Positions 11,945 through 28,063 are shown, counted from the first letter of the whole stretch. The stretch: 63,728 bases of DNA, filler included, from Octopus bimaculoides (GCF_001194135.2; 7 parts of 6 records of this genome joined end to end with filler, not necessarily neighbours in it), one strand, 5' to 3'. The notes: generated by a model not told the origin, from the sequence alone. Translations and numbers: made by a program.

Positions 11945-12495
11945 TGTAGAACATCAAGCACGTGTATTAGTTCGACGCTCGTGAAAATGAAGAAGTCTTT
12001 TACGTTTCGAGCCTACGCCTTTCAGCAGAAAGGAATAAGAGAAAATAAACAGAGAGGGAATGAAAAGAAACTTGTAGATCAAGCGGTCAAACATGGCGAA
12101 TGATTAGGAAAAAAAAAAAGTTTGAAAGATGGGGTTGAAAGAAAGGGAGATAATAAAGTGCTGGTGATCCCAAATGAAGGTGCGCGTGCGTGTGTGTATA
12201 TGAGAATGGTGTGTGTGAATGTGTAAGTGTGTGTGTGTGTGTGAATAGGGGTTAGTGACTGACGTGTGTGAGTACGTGGAAGATGGTGTGTGGGTGTCTG
12301 GATGATGGTGTGGGGTGTATGTGGGTAGGGTGGGAGTGGGTGTGGTGGGTGTGGGGTGGGGTTGGTATCAAAGAAGAGATGAGGTAGGTAGGAGTGAAGA
12401 GAGGAAGTAGGTGTCAGTTGAAGAGAAGAGAGTTGTCAGATGAAGAGAAGAGAGGAGTTGAGCCCATGTGGGGCAAAGAAGCGAAGCGAGAAGGT
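11945..12495 (-). mobile_element. Penelope-like element terminal (pLTR) fragment with degenerate hammerhead at 11998-12031
   Basis: Minus strand TTT-CTGCTGA-AAGGCGTAGGCTC-GAAACGTA-AAA, preceded by a C-rich tract. Confidence 0.6.
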
Positions 12496-13099
12496 TAATT
12501 TCTGTTCACGGCGAAGGTGGCAGTCCGGATGGCCCCTGTGCAAAGACAGTGAATGACCGGGAGAGCGGAAATGGCGCGAGACCGGGGTATCATTGCTGAG
12601 TTTGATGTCTCAGAGGTATGTTTGTGTGTGTGTGTGTGTAAATGATTGCATATTGCGTATATGAATGCGTGCTTATATATAGATGTATGTGTGTGTATGT
12701 ACACACACACATATAAAGACACATTCGTATACACAGTATGCAATCATTTAGTGTCAGCAAATGTTTGTAAGCATTAAAAAGTAGATCTCAAGTTTAACAT
12801 CAGCTAAATCTGACAGCACTATGTTGAAAAAAAGCGAATAATTCAAATTTAACAAAGTTGTCGAAAGGAGATAGAAAGAAAACGTTTAACCGGAAATGAA
12901 GTGCTATTTTTAGTTACCTGATTCTTTTTGTTTTATTATGCTCTGTGGTAGGTGTGTGTGCGCGTGTGTGTGAATGGGTTGGTTCTGTTAGCAAGTTGTG
13001 TCATATAATATAAACCTTCAAGAGCGTCTTCACTGATTTGTTTTCCTTTGTAGATCTATTTTCCCACTGAAGGTAATCATGTTTGTCAACTTCGGCATC

Positions 13100-13852
13100 T
13101 ATCGAAACTTGAGTACACACAAACGCGCGCGCACGCGCACACGCACACACACACACACACACACGCACACACACACACACACGTACACACGCGCGCACGC
13201 GCGCACACACACACGTACACACTCTAACGCTCTCTCTTTTTCTCACGCACACTCGTGTACACGCGCACACACGCGTACACGCGCACGCACGCATACACGC
13301 GCACNNNNNNNNNNNNNNNNNNNNNNNNNNNNNNNNNNNNNNNNNNNNNNNNNNNNNNNNNNNNNNNNNNNNNNNNNNNNNNNNNNNNNNNNNNNNNNNN
13401 NNNNNNNNNNNNNNNNNNNNNNNNNNNNNNNNNNNNNNNNNNNNNNNNNNNNNNNNNNNNNNNNNNNNNNNNNNNNNNNNNNNNNNNNNNNNNNNNNNNN
13501 NNNNNNNNNNNNNNNNNNNNNNNNNNNNNNNNNNNNNNNNNNNNNNNNNNNNNNNNNNNNNNNNNNNNNNNNNNNNNNNNNNNNNNNNNNNNNNNNNNNN
13601 NNNNNNNNNNNNNNNNNNNNNNNNNNNNNNNNNNNNNNNNNNNNNNNNNNNNNNNNNNNNNNNNNNNNNNNNNNNNNNNNNNNNNNNNNNNNNNNNNNNN
13701 NNNNNNNNNNNNNNNNNNNNNNNNNNNNNNNNNNNNNNNNNNNNNNNNNNNNNNNNNNNNNNNNNNNNNNNNNNNNNNNNNNNNNNNNNNNNNNNNNNNN
13801 NNNNNNNNNNNNNNNNNNNNNNNNNNNNNNNNNNNNNNNNNNNNNNNNNNNN

Positions 13853-13892
<40 letters not shown>

Positions 13893-13910
13893 GTACACAC
13901 AAACACAAAC
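13100..13910. repeat. (CA)n/(CG)n microsatellite spanning an assembly gap
   Basis: Directly visible. Confidence 0.9.
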
Positions 13911-14448
13911 ATGGTCTTACCCTTACACGTTCACACACATGCCTCTCACCCACGTTCTTTGTCTTAGGGGACCCCACCTTGAAGTTTTCAGACCATGAAA
14001 TCGATCCCAGAGTTATTTAAAAACTGGTACCTATTCTATCTCTCTTTGCCGATCGAGGATGTAAACAAGTCAATACCGGTTATCTTGTTACAGGAGGCAA
14101 ATATAAAGATGCTCGCATACATATATAGAGGGTGACTCAAAATTAATTAAGTATTTATATAAACTAGTTAAGAACTGAGGTCAGTTGAGCTTCTTTATGT
14201 AGGTCTTGCCTACCCGTCTTTCTATTCTTTTCTCCTACCCCAATCTTTTCACCGCATCTTTCACCCACCACATCTCTACATTCATTATACCACCCTCAAT
14301 TCCAGTAATCCTTATGAATTTTCAGTTTCAGTTATTGGATTTTGCCCATGCTAGGGTTCCGTAAGGCTGTTTTTCTCTCGGTCACACATAGCTAACCTAG
14401 AAAAACAAACTAACAAACAAAACAAAACAATAAGAAAAAAAAACAACC

Positions 14449-15009
14449 TGTTGTATTCCTCTCGGGAGACTTGCAGAGAAAAGACAACGAGCTGTACAAT
14501 TTAATTATTACATTTATTATTCAATTACATACAAAGAACGCACTCACCGAAAGTTCGATGTTAATAAACAAGAGTCATGTCCGCCATATATATCAATGAC
14601 ATTTTACTACCACAGTCATTCAAAACAACAACAATGAAACAATGAACTCAGACGAACCACATTGAAACAAGAGACGTCAGACGAATAACTAATCTAACAG
14701 TCCTTATAACACCTCCCCACTGAAATTGATGCTACACAAGAAGTATCAACAGCAAAGTCTCTCTTGGGTTTTACGGGTTCTCTTGGACCGTCTTGGGTTG
14801 TCTGGTCCATACTCTGGAACGGGAACATGGTCTTGGGTCTGGTTTGTCTTTGAGTTAGTGGCACAGTTTCTGAGATCTCCATCGGGTGATCTGTTGCAAA
14901 TTGAAATACAGTGTCTTCTGCATCACCAGGTTCATTGTCTTCCTCAGTTGTGTACCTCGGTCGCAGCTGTTCCCAGTGTCGTCTCCACATCGGGCCATGA
15001 GGTATGACC
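14449..15009 (-). mobile_element. Gypsy-type LTR retrotransposon 3' end: integrase C-terminal region, PPT and 263-bp LTR (14449-14711)
   Basis: On minus, PPT GTGGGGAGG directly precedes TGTTATAA...GGAATACAACA (TG..CA). Upstream reads PMWRRHWEQLRPR, an integrase tail motif. Confidence 0.8.
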
Positions 15010-15109
15010 NNNNNNNNNNNNNNNNNNNNNNNNNNNNNNNNNNNNNNNNNNNNTTAATTAATTAANNNNNNNNNNNNNNNNNNNNNNNNNNNNNNNNNNN
15101 NNNNNNNNN
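15010..15109. other. Artificial scaffolding linker N44-TTAATTAATTAA-N44 (also 22319-22418, 28296-28395, 43269-43368, 55174-55273, 62248-62347)
   Basis: Six identical 100-bp blocks; the 12-mer has stop codons in all six frames. Confidence 0.95.
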
Positions 15110-15454
15110 CAAAATGGTGTATTTTATGTGCCACCTGCACAAGAGCCAGTCCAGGGGCACTGGCAACGATCTCGCTCGAAAATCCTTACACATGTCACGG
15201 GCACAAGTGCCAGAAAGGCGACGCTGGGCACAGGTGCTATCCCGATTTCGCTTTCGCTTGCTTCAATAAGTCTTCGCAAGCTGAGTTTCGTGTCCAATGA
15301 AGGAGACGACGTTGGCACGGGTGCCAGTCGTCGAATTTAGTTCGATTTCACATTCTTCAACAAGTCTTTGCAAGCGGAGTTTAGTGTCCAATGTAGGAAA
15401 GGTACGCATAAGTGGGCTGGCTACACCCCTGGCAGAGGCCTTGGATTTAAGTCT

Positions 15455-15455
<1 letters not shown>
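15110..15455 (+). repeat. Distal part of interspersed repeat family D
   Basis: Begins AAATGGTGTATTTTATGTGCC, the motif at which family D copies at 28295 and 55173 end. Confidence 0.7.
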
Positions 15456-15486
<31 letters not shown>

Positions 15487-15742
15487 CTCAAAGCAATGAC
15501 TAGTAATATTACGAAACTGGTATGCTTTTGAATCTCTTTAACAACTCACAATAATGACTTTTATTACTTTTATTCCTACCTCAGTTCATCTAATTGTATA
15601 TATGTATATATATTGTTACTTTTCATAAAAAGCCTTACCTTCTTTTTGATTTTCAATGTGCATTTTTTCTTATTTTTCTGCTTACTTTCCCCTTACATTT
15701 CCACGGGTAGTTTCTATTTTGTTTTTTTAACATATTTCTATT

Positions 15743-15778
<36 letters not shown>

Positions 15779-16569
15779 NNNNNNNNNNNNNNNNNNNNNN
15801 NNNNNNNNNNNNNNNNNNNNNNNNNNNNNNNNNNNNNNNNNNNNNNNNNNNNNNNNNNNNNNNNNNNNNNNNNNNNNNNNNNNNNNNNNNNNNNNNNNNN
15901 NNNNNNNNNNNNNNNNNNNNNNNNNNNNNNNNNNNNNNNNNNNNNNNNNNNNNNNNNNNNNNNNNNNNNNNNNNNNNNNNNNNNNNNNNNNNNNNNNNNN
16001 NNNNNNNNNNNNNNNNNNNNNNNNNNNNNNNNNNNNNNNNNNNNNNNNNNNNNNNNNNNNNNNNNNNNNNNNNNNNNNNNNNNNNNNNNNNNNNNNNNNN
16101 NNNNNNNNNNNNNNNNNNNNNNNNNNNNNNNNNNNNNNNNNNNNNNNNNNNNNNNNNNNNNNNNNNNNNNNNNNNNNNNNNNNNNNNNNNNNNNNNNNNN
16201 NNNNNNNNNNNNNNNNNNNNNNNNNNNNNNNNNNNNNNNNNNNNNNNNNNNNNNNNNNNNNNNNGGCTGAGCATTCCACAGACATGTGTACCCTTAACGT
16301 AGTTCTCGGGGATATTCAGAGTGACACAGTGTGACAAGGCTGGCCCCATTGAATTAGAGGCACAACAGAAACAGGAAGAAAGAGTGAGAGAAAGTTGTGG
16401 TGGAAGAGTACAGCAGGGTTCGCCACCATCCCCTGCCGGAGCCTCGTGGAGCTTTTAGGTGTTTTCGCTCAATAAACACTCACAACGCCCGGCCTGGGAA
16501 TCGAAACCGCGATCGTATGACTGCGAGTCCACTGCCCTAACCACTGGGCCATTGCACATGCAAAGCTGA

Positions 16570-17025
16570 ACCTGTCCTAAATTTGTGCAAAGTTTATTTC
16601 CAGGGAGCTGGATTGGGGACAGCAGCAAAATGATTGAGCTCTTTACTTCCAATCCAAGTGTATTTGGAATCTCTGGTGACCCGAGAAGAAAGCTGGATCT
16701 ACTGTTATGGCCCAGAAACCAAGGGACAGAGTGTCCACTGGAAGCATCCTGGCTCCCACTGACCCAAGAAGACCAGGAAGCTCATGATGGTCCTCTTTTT
16801 CAATAGCAAGGATATTATCTAAATCTATTGGGTTCCCTCTGGCCAGACGGTCAACAAAAGGTACTTTGTGCAGGTTTTGAGGGAGTTCCAGAAGAGATTT
16901 TGTCACGAAAGGCCAGAGCTCTTCTTCTTGGGTTGAGGGCACCTGCACCAGTCCACAAATCCATCCTGATAAATAACTGCCAGAGGTGGGTATCGAACCT
17001 GTCCCTCATCCTCCTTACAGTCCAT
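16570..17025 (+). mobile_element. Mariner transposase fragment (pseudogene)
   Basis: LVTREESWIYCYGPETKGQSVHWKHPGS..MVLFFNSKDII..WVPSGQTVNKRYFVQVLREFQKRF..IEPVPHPPYSP matches mariner VTGDETW, WVP and HPPYSPDL motifs. Confidence 0.85.
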
Positions 17026-17860
17026 ACCATTAGTTGTGATACCCGTGCTGGTGGCACGTAAATAGCACCATCCAAATGTGGCCGATGCCAGCGCCACCAC
17101 TGACTGGCTTCCGTGCCGGTGGCACTTAAAAAGCACCAACCGATCATGGCTGTTGCCAGCCTCCTCTGGCCCCTGTGCCAGTGGCAGGTAAAAAGCACCC
17201 ACTACACTCATGGAGTGGTTGGCGTGAGGAAGAGCATCCAGCTGTAGAAATCCTGCCAGATCAGACTGGGGACTGGTGCAGCCTCCTGGCTTCCCAGACC
17301 CTGGTCGAACTGTCCAACCCATGCTAGCATGGAAAACGGACGTTAAACGATGACAATGATGATTCTTTTATTTGTTTCTGCGACCATGCTGGAGCACCGC
17401 CTTTAGTTGAACAAATCAACTCCAGGACTTATTCTTTGGAAGCCTTGTACTTATTAAATCGGTCTCTTTTGCTGAACTGTTAAGTTACAAGGGACATAAA
17501 CTCTCCATACATACAAACATAAGACAGATTTCTTTTCAGTTTCTGTTTAGCAAATCCATTCACAAGGCTTTGGTCGGCCTGATGCTATAGTCGACGAGAC
17601 TTGTCCAAGGTGCCATGCAGTGGAACTATGTATATATATATATGTATACACACACACATATATAAATATATATATATAGTGGTTGGCGTTAGGAAGGGCA
17701 TCCAGCTGAGTGGTTGGCGTTAGGAAGGGCATCCAGCTGTAGAAACTCTGCCAAATTTAGATTGGAGCCTGGTGTTGCCATCCGGTTTCACCAGTCCTCA
17801 GTCAAATCGCCCAACCCATGCTAGCATGGAAAGCGGACGTTAAACGATGATGATGATGAT
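17025..17860 (-). repeat. Cluster of family D repeats and a CORE-type SINE (family B) fragment
   Basis: Reverse complement of CATCATCGTTTAACGTCCGCTTTCCATGCTAGCATGGGTTG..GGATGCCCTTCCTAACGCCAACC, twice. Confidence 0.8.
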
Positions 17861-17949
17861 ATATGTATATGTATGTATGTATATATATATATATATATAT
17901 GTATACACACACACATATATATATAAATATATATATATAGATATATATA

Positions 17950-18243
17950 GTGGCACCTTGGGCAAGTGTCTTCTACTATAGCATCGGGCTGACCAAAGCT
18001 TTGTGAGTGGATTTGCTAAACGGAAACTGAAAAGAAGCCCGTCGTATATACACACACGTGTGTGTGTGTGTTCGCCGACCATCGCTTGACAACCGATGTT
18101 GATGTTTACATCCCCGTAACCTAGCGGTTCGGCTAAAGTCACCGATATTAAGCTCACAAAGAATAAGTCTTGGGATCGATTTCTTCGACTAAAACCCGCG
18201 GTGCTCCAGCATAGCCGCAGTCAAATGACTGAAACAAGTAAAA
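17950..18243 (+). mobile_element. CORE-type tRNA-derived SINE family B (others about 43960-44310 +, 50160-50275 -, 57380-57950 -, 58262-58425 +, 60236-60690 -, 61258-61685 +)
   Basis: GCACCTTGGGCAAGTGTCTTCTACTATAGC resembles the MIR CORE motif; internal (TA/TG)n; tail ending GACTGAAACAAGTAAAAG. Confidence 0.85.
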
Positions 18244-18869
18244 GTGGGAAAGTGTTATATATACATACACACACACATATATATATACGCACGCGCGCAC
18301 GTTACATATGTCCTATCGGAAGTTCCATTTTCGTAGCTCAACTATAACACTGAACTATAACATGTAGCATATTAACACGACACTAAATACTACCACCTAT
18401 ACTATAGTTATTATAGTGCATGTATATAGTACATGTATATAGTACATGGCGAGCCAGAGAAGTAGCCTGTACGTGGTCGCACGACATGCTAAAAATAGCA
18501 GACAAATCTTCCTGAAATCGCATCTTCATAAATAAAAATTCGGAAGACCACACTAGATTGTACTAAATCTTAAAAAAAAAAAAGAGTAGAAAACGTGATG
18601 GTCACGGCTGGAATGCTCTTTGGTCATTGGTCTGTTGCAGCAGGACTGTCGTAGGGTTAAAATACATTTGCTATCGACCATACACCATTACAGTTGCTCA
18701 AGAAACCAAGTGTTGCTTCAGACTTATAGAAATTTACTATTTTAGCAAGCAACAAGTTATGACTAGAGTTACCGTTGGTGTTGTGTTTAGCCCCAGGTCA
18801 GCCCTGATCCAGCAGGACTGTGATCAAACATGCTCCGATCCCCAACTGAGACCATTCCGTCTCATCTTA

Positions 18870-21920
<3,051 letters not shown>

Positions 21921-22479
21921 GTGCTAAGCTAATTTAACCCCAGGCCGGCACCCAGATCCACGACTGGCGCGTGCAGCGAGGCAGCGATCGGGGGGCGGGA
22001 GGTTAATGGAGGCAGAGGTGGCGGAGGTAGTAGTGACAGTGGTGGTGGTGTTAGTGGTCGTATTCGCCCGACGTAGCGATAGACGTCGTCGATGTAGTGG
22101 AGTGGCTATCGTCGTGTATAATTTAGCCCTCGGCTGGCACCCTACTCAGAGGAGGCAGGATGGAAGCGATCGTGGTGGTGGTGGTGGTGGTGGTATTAGC
22201 TGTCATCGCCGTAGTGGTGAAGATCGTTGCGGTTGTGGTCGGAGTAGGGCAGACACTGGTAGTAGTTGAATTCAGTTCTGTAGCCCTAGGTCGACACTCT
22301 GATCAGGCGAGGCGGCATNNNNNNNNNNNNNNNNNNNNNNNNNNNNNNNNNNNNNNNNNNNNTTAATTAATTAANNNNNNNNNNNNNNNNNNNNNNNNNN
22401 NNNNNNNNNNNNNNNNNNATATATATATCTATATATATATCTTTTACTGGTTTCAGCTCAAGGCTGAGGTCATACTGGT

Positions 22480-24540
22480 GCACCACTTGTAGTTACTTGG
22501 TGTCCTTTCTGATATTGTTTTTGGTGAAGTAGCAAGTTGGATGGAGCTGCTCTTCTTTGTGTTTCCTTCTGCGATGTGGATTCATCTGGTATCTGATAGA
22601 AACCTGTCCAGACGTCCCTTGAAAACTTCCACATCAACATGACATAGATCTCTAAGGTTGCCTGGAAGGATGTTGAACAACTGCAGGCCCTTGAAACCCA
22701 GACCATTGCAGTATTGTGTCCTTATTTCAGATGGGGATGATGGGATCTTTGGTGGGATGCAGTACCATCCAGTTCGAGGATTAGTATAGCTATCAATTCC
22801 AAAATTGGGAGCTAAACCCTCCAAGATATTCCAAATATATATCACTGCATACATCTATCGTCTTCTCTCCAGGGAATAGATATTCAGCTCCTTTAGCCTC
22901 TCCATCTTTTGCATTGAGTCAATCTTCTTTGTGTATTAGCGCTGGACTGCTTTGAGCTCCAGTTTGCTTAACACTTTCTGGGGACCATAGTTGGGAGCAG
23001 TAATCCAAGCAACTGAGAACGAAAGTCTTCCATAGAAGTAGCAGGGCCTCCCTTCTCCTGGTTCTGAATGTCTTCAGAATCCATCCAGCCACTCGCCTGC
23101 ACAGTGTTGCCATCTTGGTAATATGCACATGGAATATTGCCTCATTGCACATGGGAACCCCCAGGTCAAGCACCATCTCTGACTCTCTGATCGTATTACC
23201 TTCTGGTCCAGTGTATTCCAATTTTAGCCTGGTGTTGGACTGATACTGGAGTGCCTGAAATTTCATAGCATTGAACTGCGTTTTAGTTTTGTTAGCTCAT
23301 TTGTAGATTACGTTCAGGTCTTTCTGCAGTTTTATGATGTCCTCTGGGTTCCTAACTGTCTGCGATACTTTTATGTCATCAGCATAACTGGTTAGATTGG
23401 TTGACTGTACCATGGAGGGCATGTCTGAGAGGGCCACCACAAACAGTAATGGCCTCAGTACAGTTCCCTGTGGGACTCCACTGAGAATTGGTGTCTCTTC
23501 AGAGTGAGCACCATTGGCTACAACTGTTTGACTCCTGCCCTTCAGAAAATCAAGCAGCCGCTCTCCCAGTTTCTTGGTAATACCAAGGTTTCCCAGCTTG
23601 CAACAAATCATGCCATGATCAACCTTGTCGAAGGCCTTGGCAAAATTAAGATATATCATGTCTATAGATGACTGGTTTAGCTGTTGCTTCAGTACCCAGT
23701 CAAAATGCTGCAGCCATGTTGCGTGTTTGTGAGAAGGTTGTTTTCATCTAGGAACGTGATCNNNNNNNNNNNNNNNNNNNNNNNNNNNNNNNNNNNNNNN
23801 NNNNNNNNNNNNNNNNNNNNNNNNNNNNNNNNNNNNNNNNNNNNNNNNNNNNNNNNNNNNNNNNNNNNNNNNNNNNNNNNNNNNNNNNNNNNNNNNNNNN
23901 NNNNNNNNNNNNNNNNNNNNNNNNNNNNNNNNNNNNNNNNNNNNNNNNNNNNNNNNNNNNNNNNNNNNNNNNNNNNNNNNNNNNNNNNNNNNNNNNNNNN
24001 NNNNNNNNNNNNNNNNNNNNNNNNNNNNNNNNNNNNNNNNNNNNNNNNNNNNNNNNNNNNNNNNNNNNNNNNNNNNNNNNNNNNNNNNNNNNNNNNNNNN
24101 NNNTATTACATCCTTTTCTGTTATCTTGATATAATCGAGGGTTACCTCTTTTCCAAATAGATTCATTATATTGGGAAACTGCTTCAGCTTGTTTATTTGC
24201 ATATTTTCCAGTGGAGAAGTGAAAATACTTCAGAATTGTTTATTTACTGCTTCACTTATCTTCACCAGGTCTCCAGTTAGTGAGCTGTTTTTACCAAATA
24301 GTGGCCGTATCTTATAGCGTACTGAGGCAGACTCCTTTGCCAACATGTAGAAGGCTTTAGGATTTCTTTTTATATTTTCAACTGCCCAGGTTTCTCTTGC
24401 TTCTCTTTCTCTTTCATGGGAGATTTTGAGTTTATTTTCTATCTCAAAGAGTTCCTCTGTCAGATTGGATTTCACTCTGTCATTAAGGTGTTTGTTTAAA
24501 CGATTCAAAATCTTTATTCTCTGCTGCATTAGTATTCTCC
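22480..24540 (-). mobile_element. CR1-clade LINE fragment (linker, RT and C-terminus) across a gap
   Basis: KRNPKAFY; YLNFAKAFDKVDH; GVPQGTVLRPLLF; YADDIKV; DYCSQLWSP; LQLFNILP. Confidence 0.88.
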
Positions 24541-25146
24541 TGTCTCAGGGAATGATGTTTTTGTGACTTTACTTTTTGTATATTTTATTTTTTTCATTAA
24601 GTATTTAATAAAGTTATTTTTAATATGCTGTTGAATTAGGGTAAGTTTAACTTTTATTATTTTCTCTTTCAGCTTTAATTAACTTGCTTTCTGCTTTTTT
24701 GTTTTTCCTTTTGCTTTCAGTTAATTATTTAATCAGGCTACTTCATTAGTGTGTTACATGCTTCAGATATGTGCATCTAAATTTATTGAGGCACAAATAT
24801 AGTCATTTTTGGTTGTGTCTCTGTGGGCAGACCTGAAAGCATGCAGTAAGGCTGTCCAGAAAAGGCATTGGTTAAAAGTGCTTATATTCTGAAATTACTT
24901 TTTAAATTTCAAAATTAATTAAAAGGGATTTTTCATAATTCAAATTTATATTAATAGGATGTGGGTAATTTTAACTTGTGTATATCTGATATGCTTTTAT
25001 AATCACTGTTGTATTGAATAATTATTGATAGATCTAGACTAGCAGCAGTCAGTGCTATTATCCCCCACTCGAAATCTAGGTTACTTAAGGTGAGCATGGT
25101 AACTGATGATTTTGGGGTCTTGTTGTTTGTAACAACATATATATCG

Positions 25147-25240
25147 TGGAAGAGGTAGGCCCAGGAAGACCTGGGCTGAGGTGGTGAGGCAAGACCTTTG
25201 TACATTGGGCCTCACCGAGGCGATGACTACTGACCGAGAC
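25147..25240 (+). mobile_element. RTE-clade LINE extreme 3' coding fragment
   Basis: RGRGRPRKTWAEVVRQDL..MTTDRD. Confidence 0.7.
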
Positions 25241-25429
25241 CCACTAAGGGATAGTATCTATCCAGTATACTGCTGGGAGGGTACCAAATTATTGTTACAC
25301 TAGTGTTATACCAAGTGTAATAAGTGGGTGCGGGAAAAAGGGGCGGTTGTTTTACCCCAAATTTATATAGCAATTAGAAAATGGAGGATAATATGGTGTA
25401 CCCAATGACTTGCAGACAGTGTGTCCCAT

Positions 25430-28000
25430 TGAATTAATTAACTTAATTTGTAACTAAGGTGACAAAAAACCACAAAGTACAAGTGTTTATGACAAACCAT
25501 GTTATATTGACAACCAGGTTTACAAATAAAAGTGCATAAGGAATTTGAGAAGAAACATAAACTTACAGCTGTTTTGGCCTAGCGTTGGCATGCCCCATTC
25601 TATCCGAATAGCTCCTGCCGGAGTAACTAGCAGATGAAATGCTGAAATGGGGGTGCATGCACGATTTGCTAGGCCTCTTCAGAGATTCACAAAAAATTCC
25701 ATACAAATATACATTAAGAGATAAAAACAAATATGAAATAGAAATAAAAATAAAAATAAAAATAAGGGTACAGCAAGAATAAAATAAAAAATAAATTAAT
25801 GAAAAATGAAAATATAACATATAAAAATATAAGAATATAAGGCACATAAAAAGCCTACAAACAGTACATGAGGCCATACAAATAGTTATAGACACTCCAA
25901 TATATAAGTCTGTGTACATAACCATACTTAGATGTTCAATGATTCAAAATCATATATATATGTGAGTACACAGGTGTGTATATATCCATCTATCCCCTCA
26001 CACATACATATACATATACAAATATGTATACATAGGCATTCTCCTACGTACATGGTCCCTGGTACCAATGCTATCTGCTGTGTTTTTAGGGAATTAATTT
26101 TTTATTATCAGTTAATAATATCTCCTTAAATTCATTAGTATATAATAAACAAGAAGCACTACCTATTCGATAAGATTTAGCCTTACAAACTATCTCTCAA
26201 TTTCTTAGATTTAAGCTCCCCTATATATTTACTAAGGTCAGTAGAATTAATTAAATTTCTATTCTCAAAAGAATTCATATGTTGAGTCACATGTAACTGA
26301 ATTTTGTTAGAAGTCAACCCTATGTAAATAGTATTTAAATCATAACCATTCATACTATTATCCTCAAGCAAAGTCACTATACATTTATATACTACATCCT
26401 CCAAATTACAATTATTATTAAATTTACATTTATTTTTATCTCTACATGTATAATTAATCATGTTCTGGACTGTATTATCATTATTGGAATAATTACTTGA
26501 TTTGTTTTTGTAAAACTTATTCAGCTTAAATGTATTAAGGGAAGGAATAATATTACCAACATTATTAGTAGTAGAGTAGCTAACTCCAAAATTATCACTA
26601 GAAAAAATGTTATTATATTTTTTATTATCCCTAATGAATACCTCAATTATATTTAAAATCTCTTTAATAATTTTTGCTTTAACTTGAGCTCAAAATTAGA
26701 AGAAAGCAATGATAATCTTTTACCTATATTATCTGTCAATAATTTCTTAATCGAGGATGGATGATTACTATTAGCATTAATATATCTAATGTTTTCATTA
26801 ATTTTATGGAATGGTTGGATCTTACCTGTTATTAAATTCAAATTAGCATCTAAGTAATTAACATTATAGTTCTCATTATATATAGTTAAGCTTAATCCAT
26901 ATCTTTAAAAAAAAAACTATATAGTTTCTTCTTATATAATTCTAATTTTCTATTAGTGCAATCCTTAGCCGTTAATAAAAGGTTATCCCTATATAAACCA
27001 CCCTCCAACTTTAATTTTTCTAATTGAAGTTCTGATAATAAATAAATACCCACTAAATCAGTTGCCTGTGCAGAATCGGGTGCCCCCATAGGTATATCAA
27101 AATAGTCCCTAGTATCCTTCCTAGCCCACAGTTTATTATTACATCTAATTAACAATTTCCTAGCCGTTTTTACTACATGAACTTCATCATGTCATACCTA
27201 CCTTATTCATTGCATAAATTAGGACCTTATTGAGTACAATCTCATTAATAGAAGAAGAAGAATTATCAATATCTATCTGTATGAATTTATATCTATTTTT
27301 ATCTTTAATATCATTAAACCATTTTAAAGTATCATTAGTACTATTCCAAAGTTTAAGGTAATTAATTTCATTTAATTTATTAATATATTTATCTAAAATG
27401 ATCTTACTTAATTTACCTATATCTGATTTACATGGACAAATAAGTTTAACTTTTGGGTCAGAATAAAAATTATCCTTACGGTCTTTTAGAGTAATTCTAG
27501 GGTGCATAGGTACATAAGGTTCAGTTTTATCTAAACTATATTTTACCATAATTAACTTAGAATTCTTATTTATATTATAAAGAGTATTTTCTGGAACAAT
27601 TTTATATTCTTTATATATTTATTTCTCTAACAGGTTATCATATAATTTAACATCTACTTTATACAGGTTCCTAGTTTTGTCTGATTGTACTATAATTCCT
27701 TCAATATTACATATTTCTTTTATTCTAATAACTAGATTTCTTAAATATTCATTATGTCTATTTGGGTATTTATGAAATTTAATGTTCTTCACCACCTTCT
27801 AAATGTTTTCCTCTAAGACCTGTATATCCTTATCATATGGGGGTTCCTTTCGAGATTTGAATTTTGAATTGATATAATTAGAATTCTCTACATCATTAAT
27901 ATTAGATATGTTATAATTATTATAGTAGGCTTTCCATTTAATCCTATTAATAAAATCTTTAATATTATTAAGTTTCAAAATATATTCCTTTCTATATTCC
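25430..28000 (-). mobile_element. Degenerate AT-rich Penelope-like element (RT plus C-terminal GIY-YIG, 3' pLTR)
   Basis: DIPMGAPDSAQATDLVGIYLL, GLYRDN, YINANSNHP, CRDKNKC..C..VVYKC..YIGLT, ASCLLYTNE..IP* (stop about 26086). Several frameshifts. Confidence 0.85.
25561..25685 (-). ncRNA. Type I hammerhead-like motif with extended stem II, G12>A (probably inactive)
   Basis: TCT-CTGAAGA-GGCCTAGC-[about 90 nt]-GCTAGGCC-AAAAC-AGCT-GTA-AGT, with palindromic stem III ACAGCTGT. Confidence 0.7.
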
Positions 28001-28063
28001 ATAAATATATATAAATACATAAATATATACATATATATATGTATATATACATAAATATATATA

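Noticed and set aside
12913-12947. Hydrophobic GPI-signal exon for the Ly6 gene
   Set aside because: The phase-compatible frame stops at once; the hydrophobic frame has no usable acceptor.
13001-14020. Long ORFs in the track here and at 6157-7005, 15613-16349, 55807-56880, 58255-58902
   Set aside because: They are open only because they run through N gaps and dinucleotide repeats.
15054-15065. Recurrent TTAATTAATTAA as a regulatory motif or CRISPR-like repeat
   Set aside because: Always centred in exactly 44+44 N; an assembly spacer.
26086-26470. Selenocysteine recoding or SECIS in the Penelope element (known for Naiads)
   Set aside because: No in-frame TGA at the Cys positions I checked, the endonuclease is C-terminal, and the 3' hairpin lacks the AUGA/GA core.
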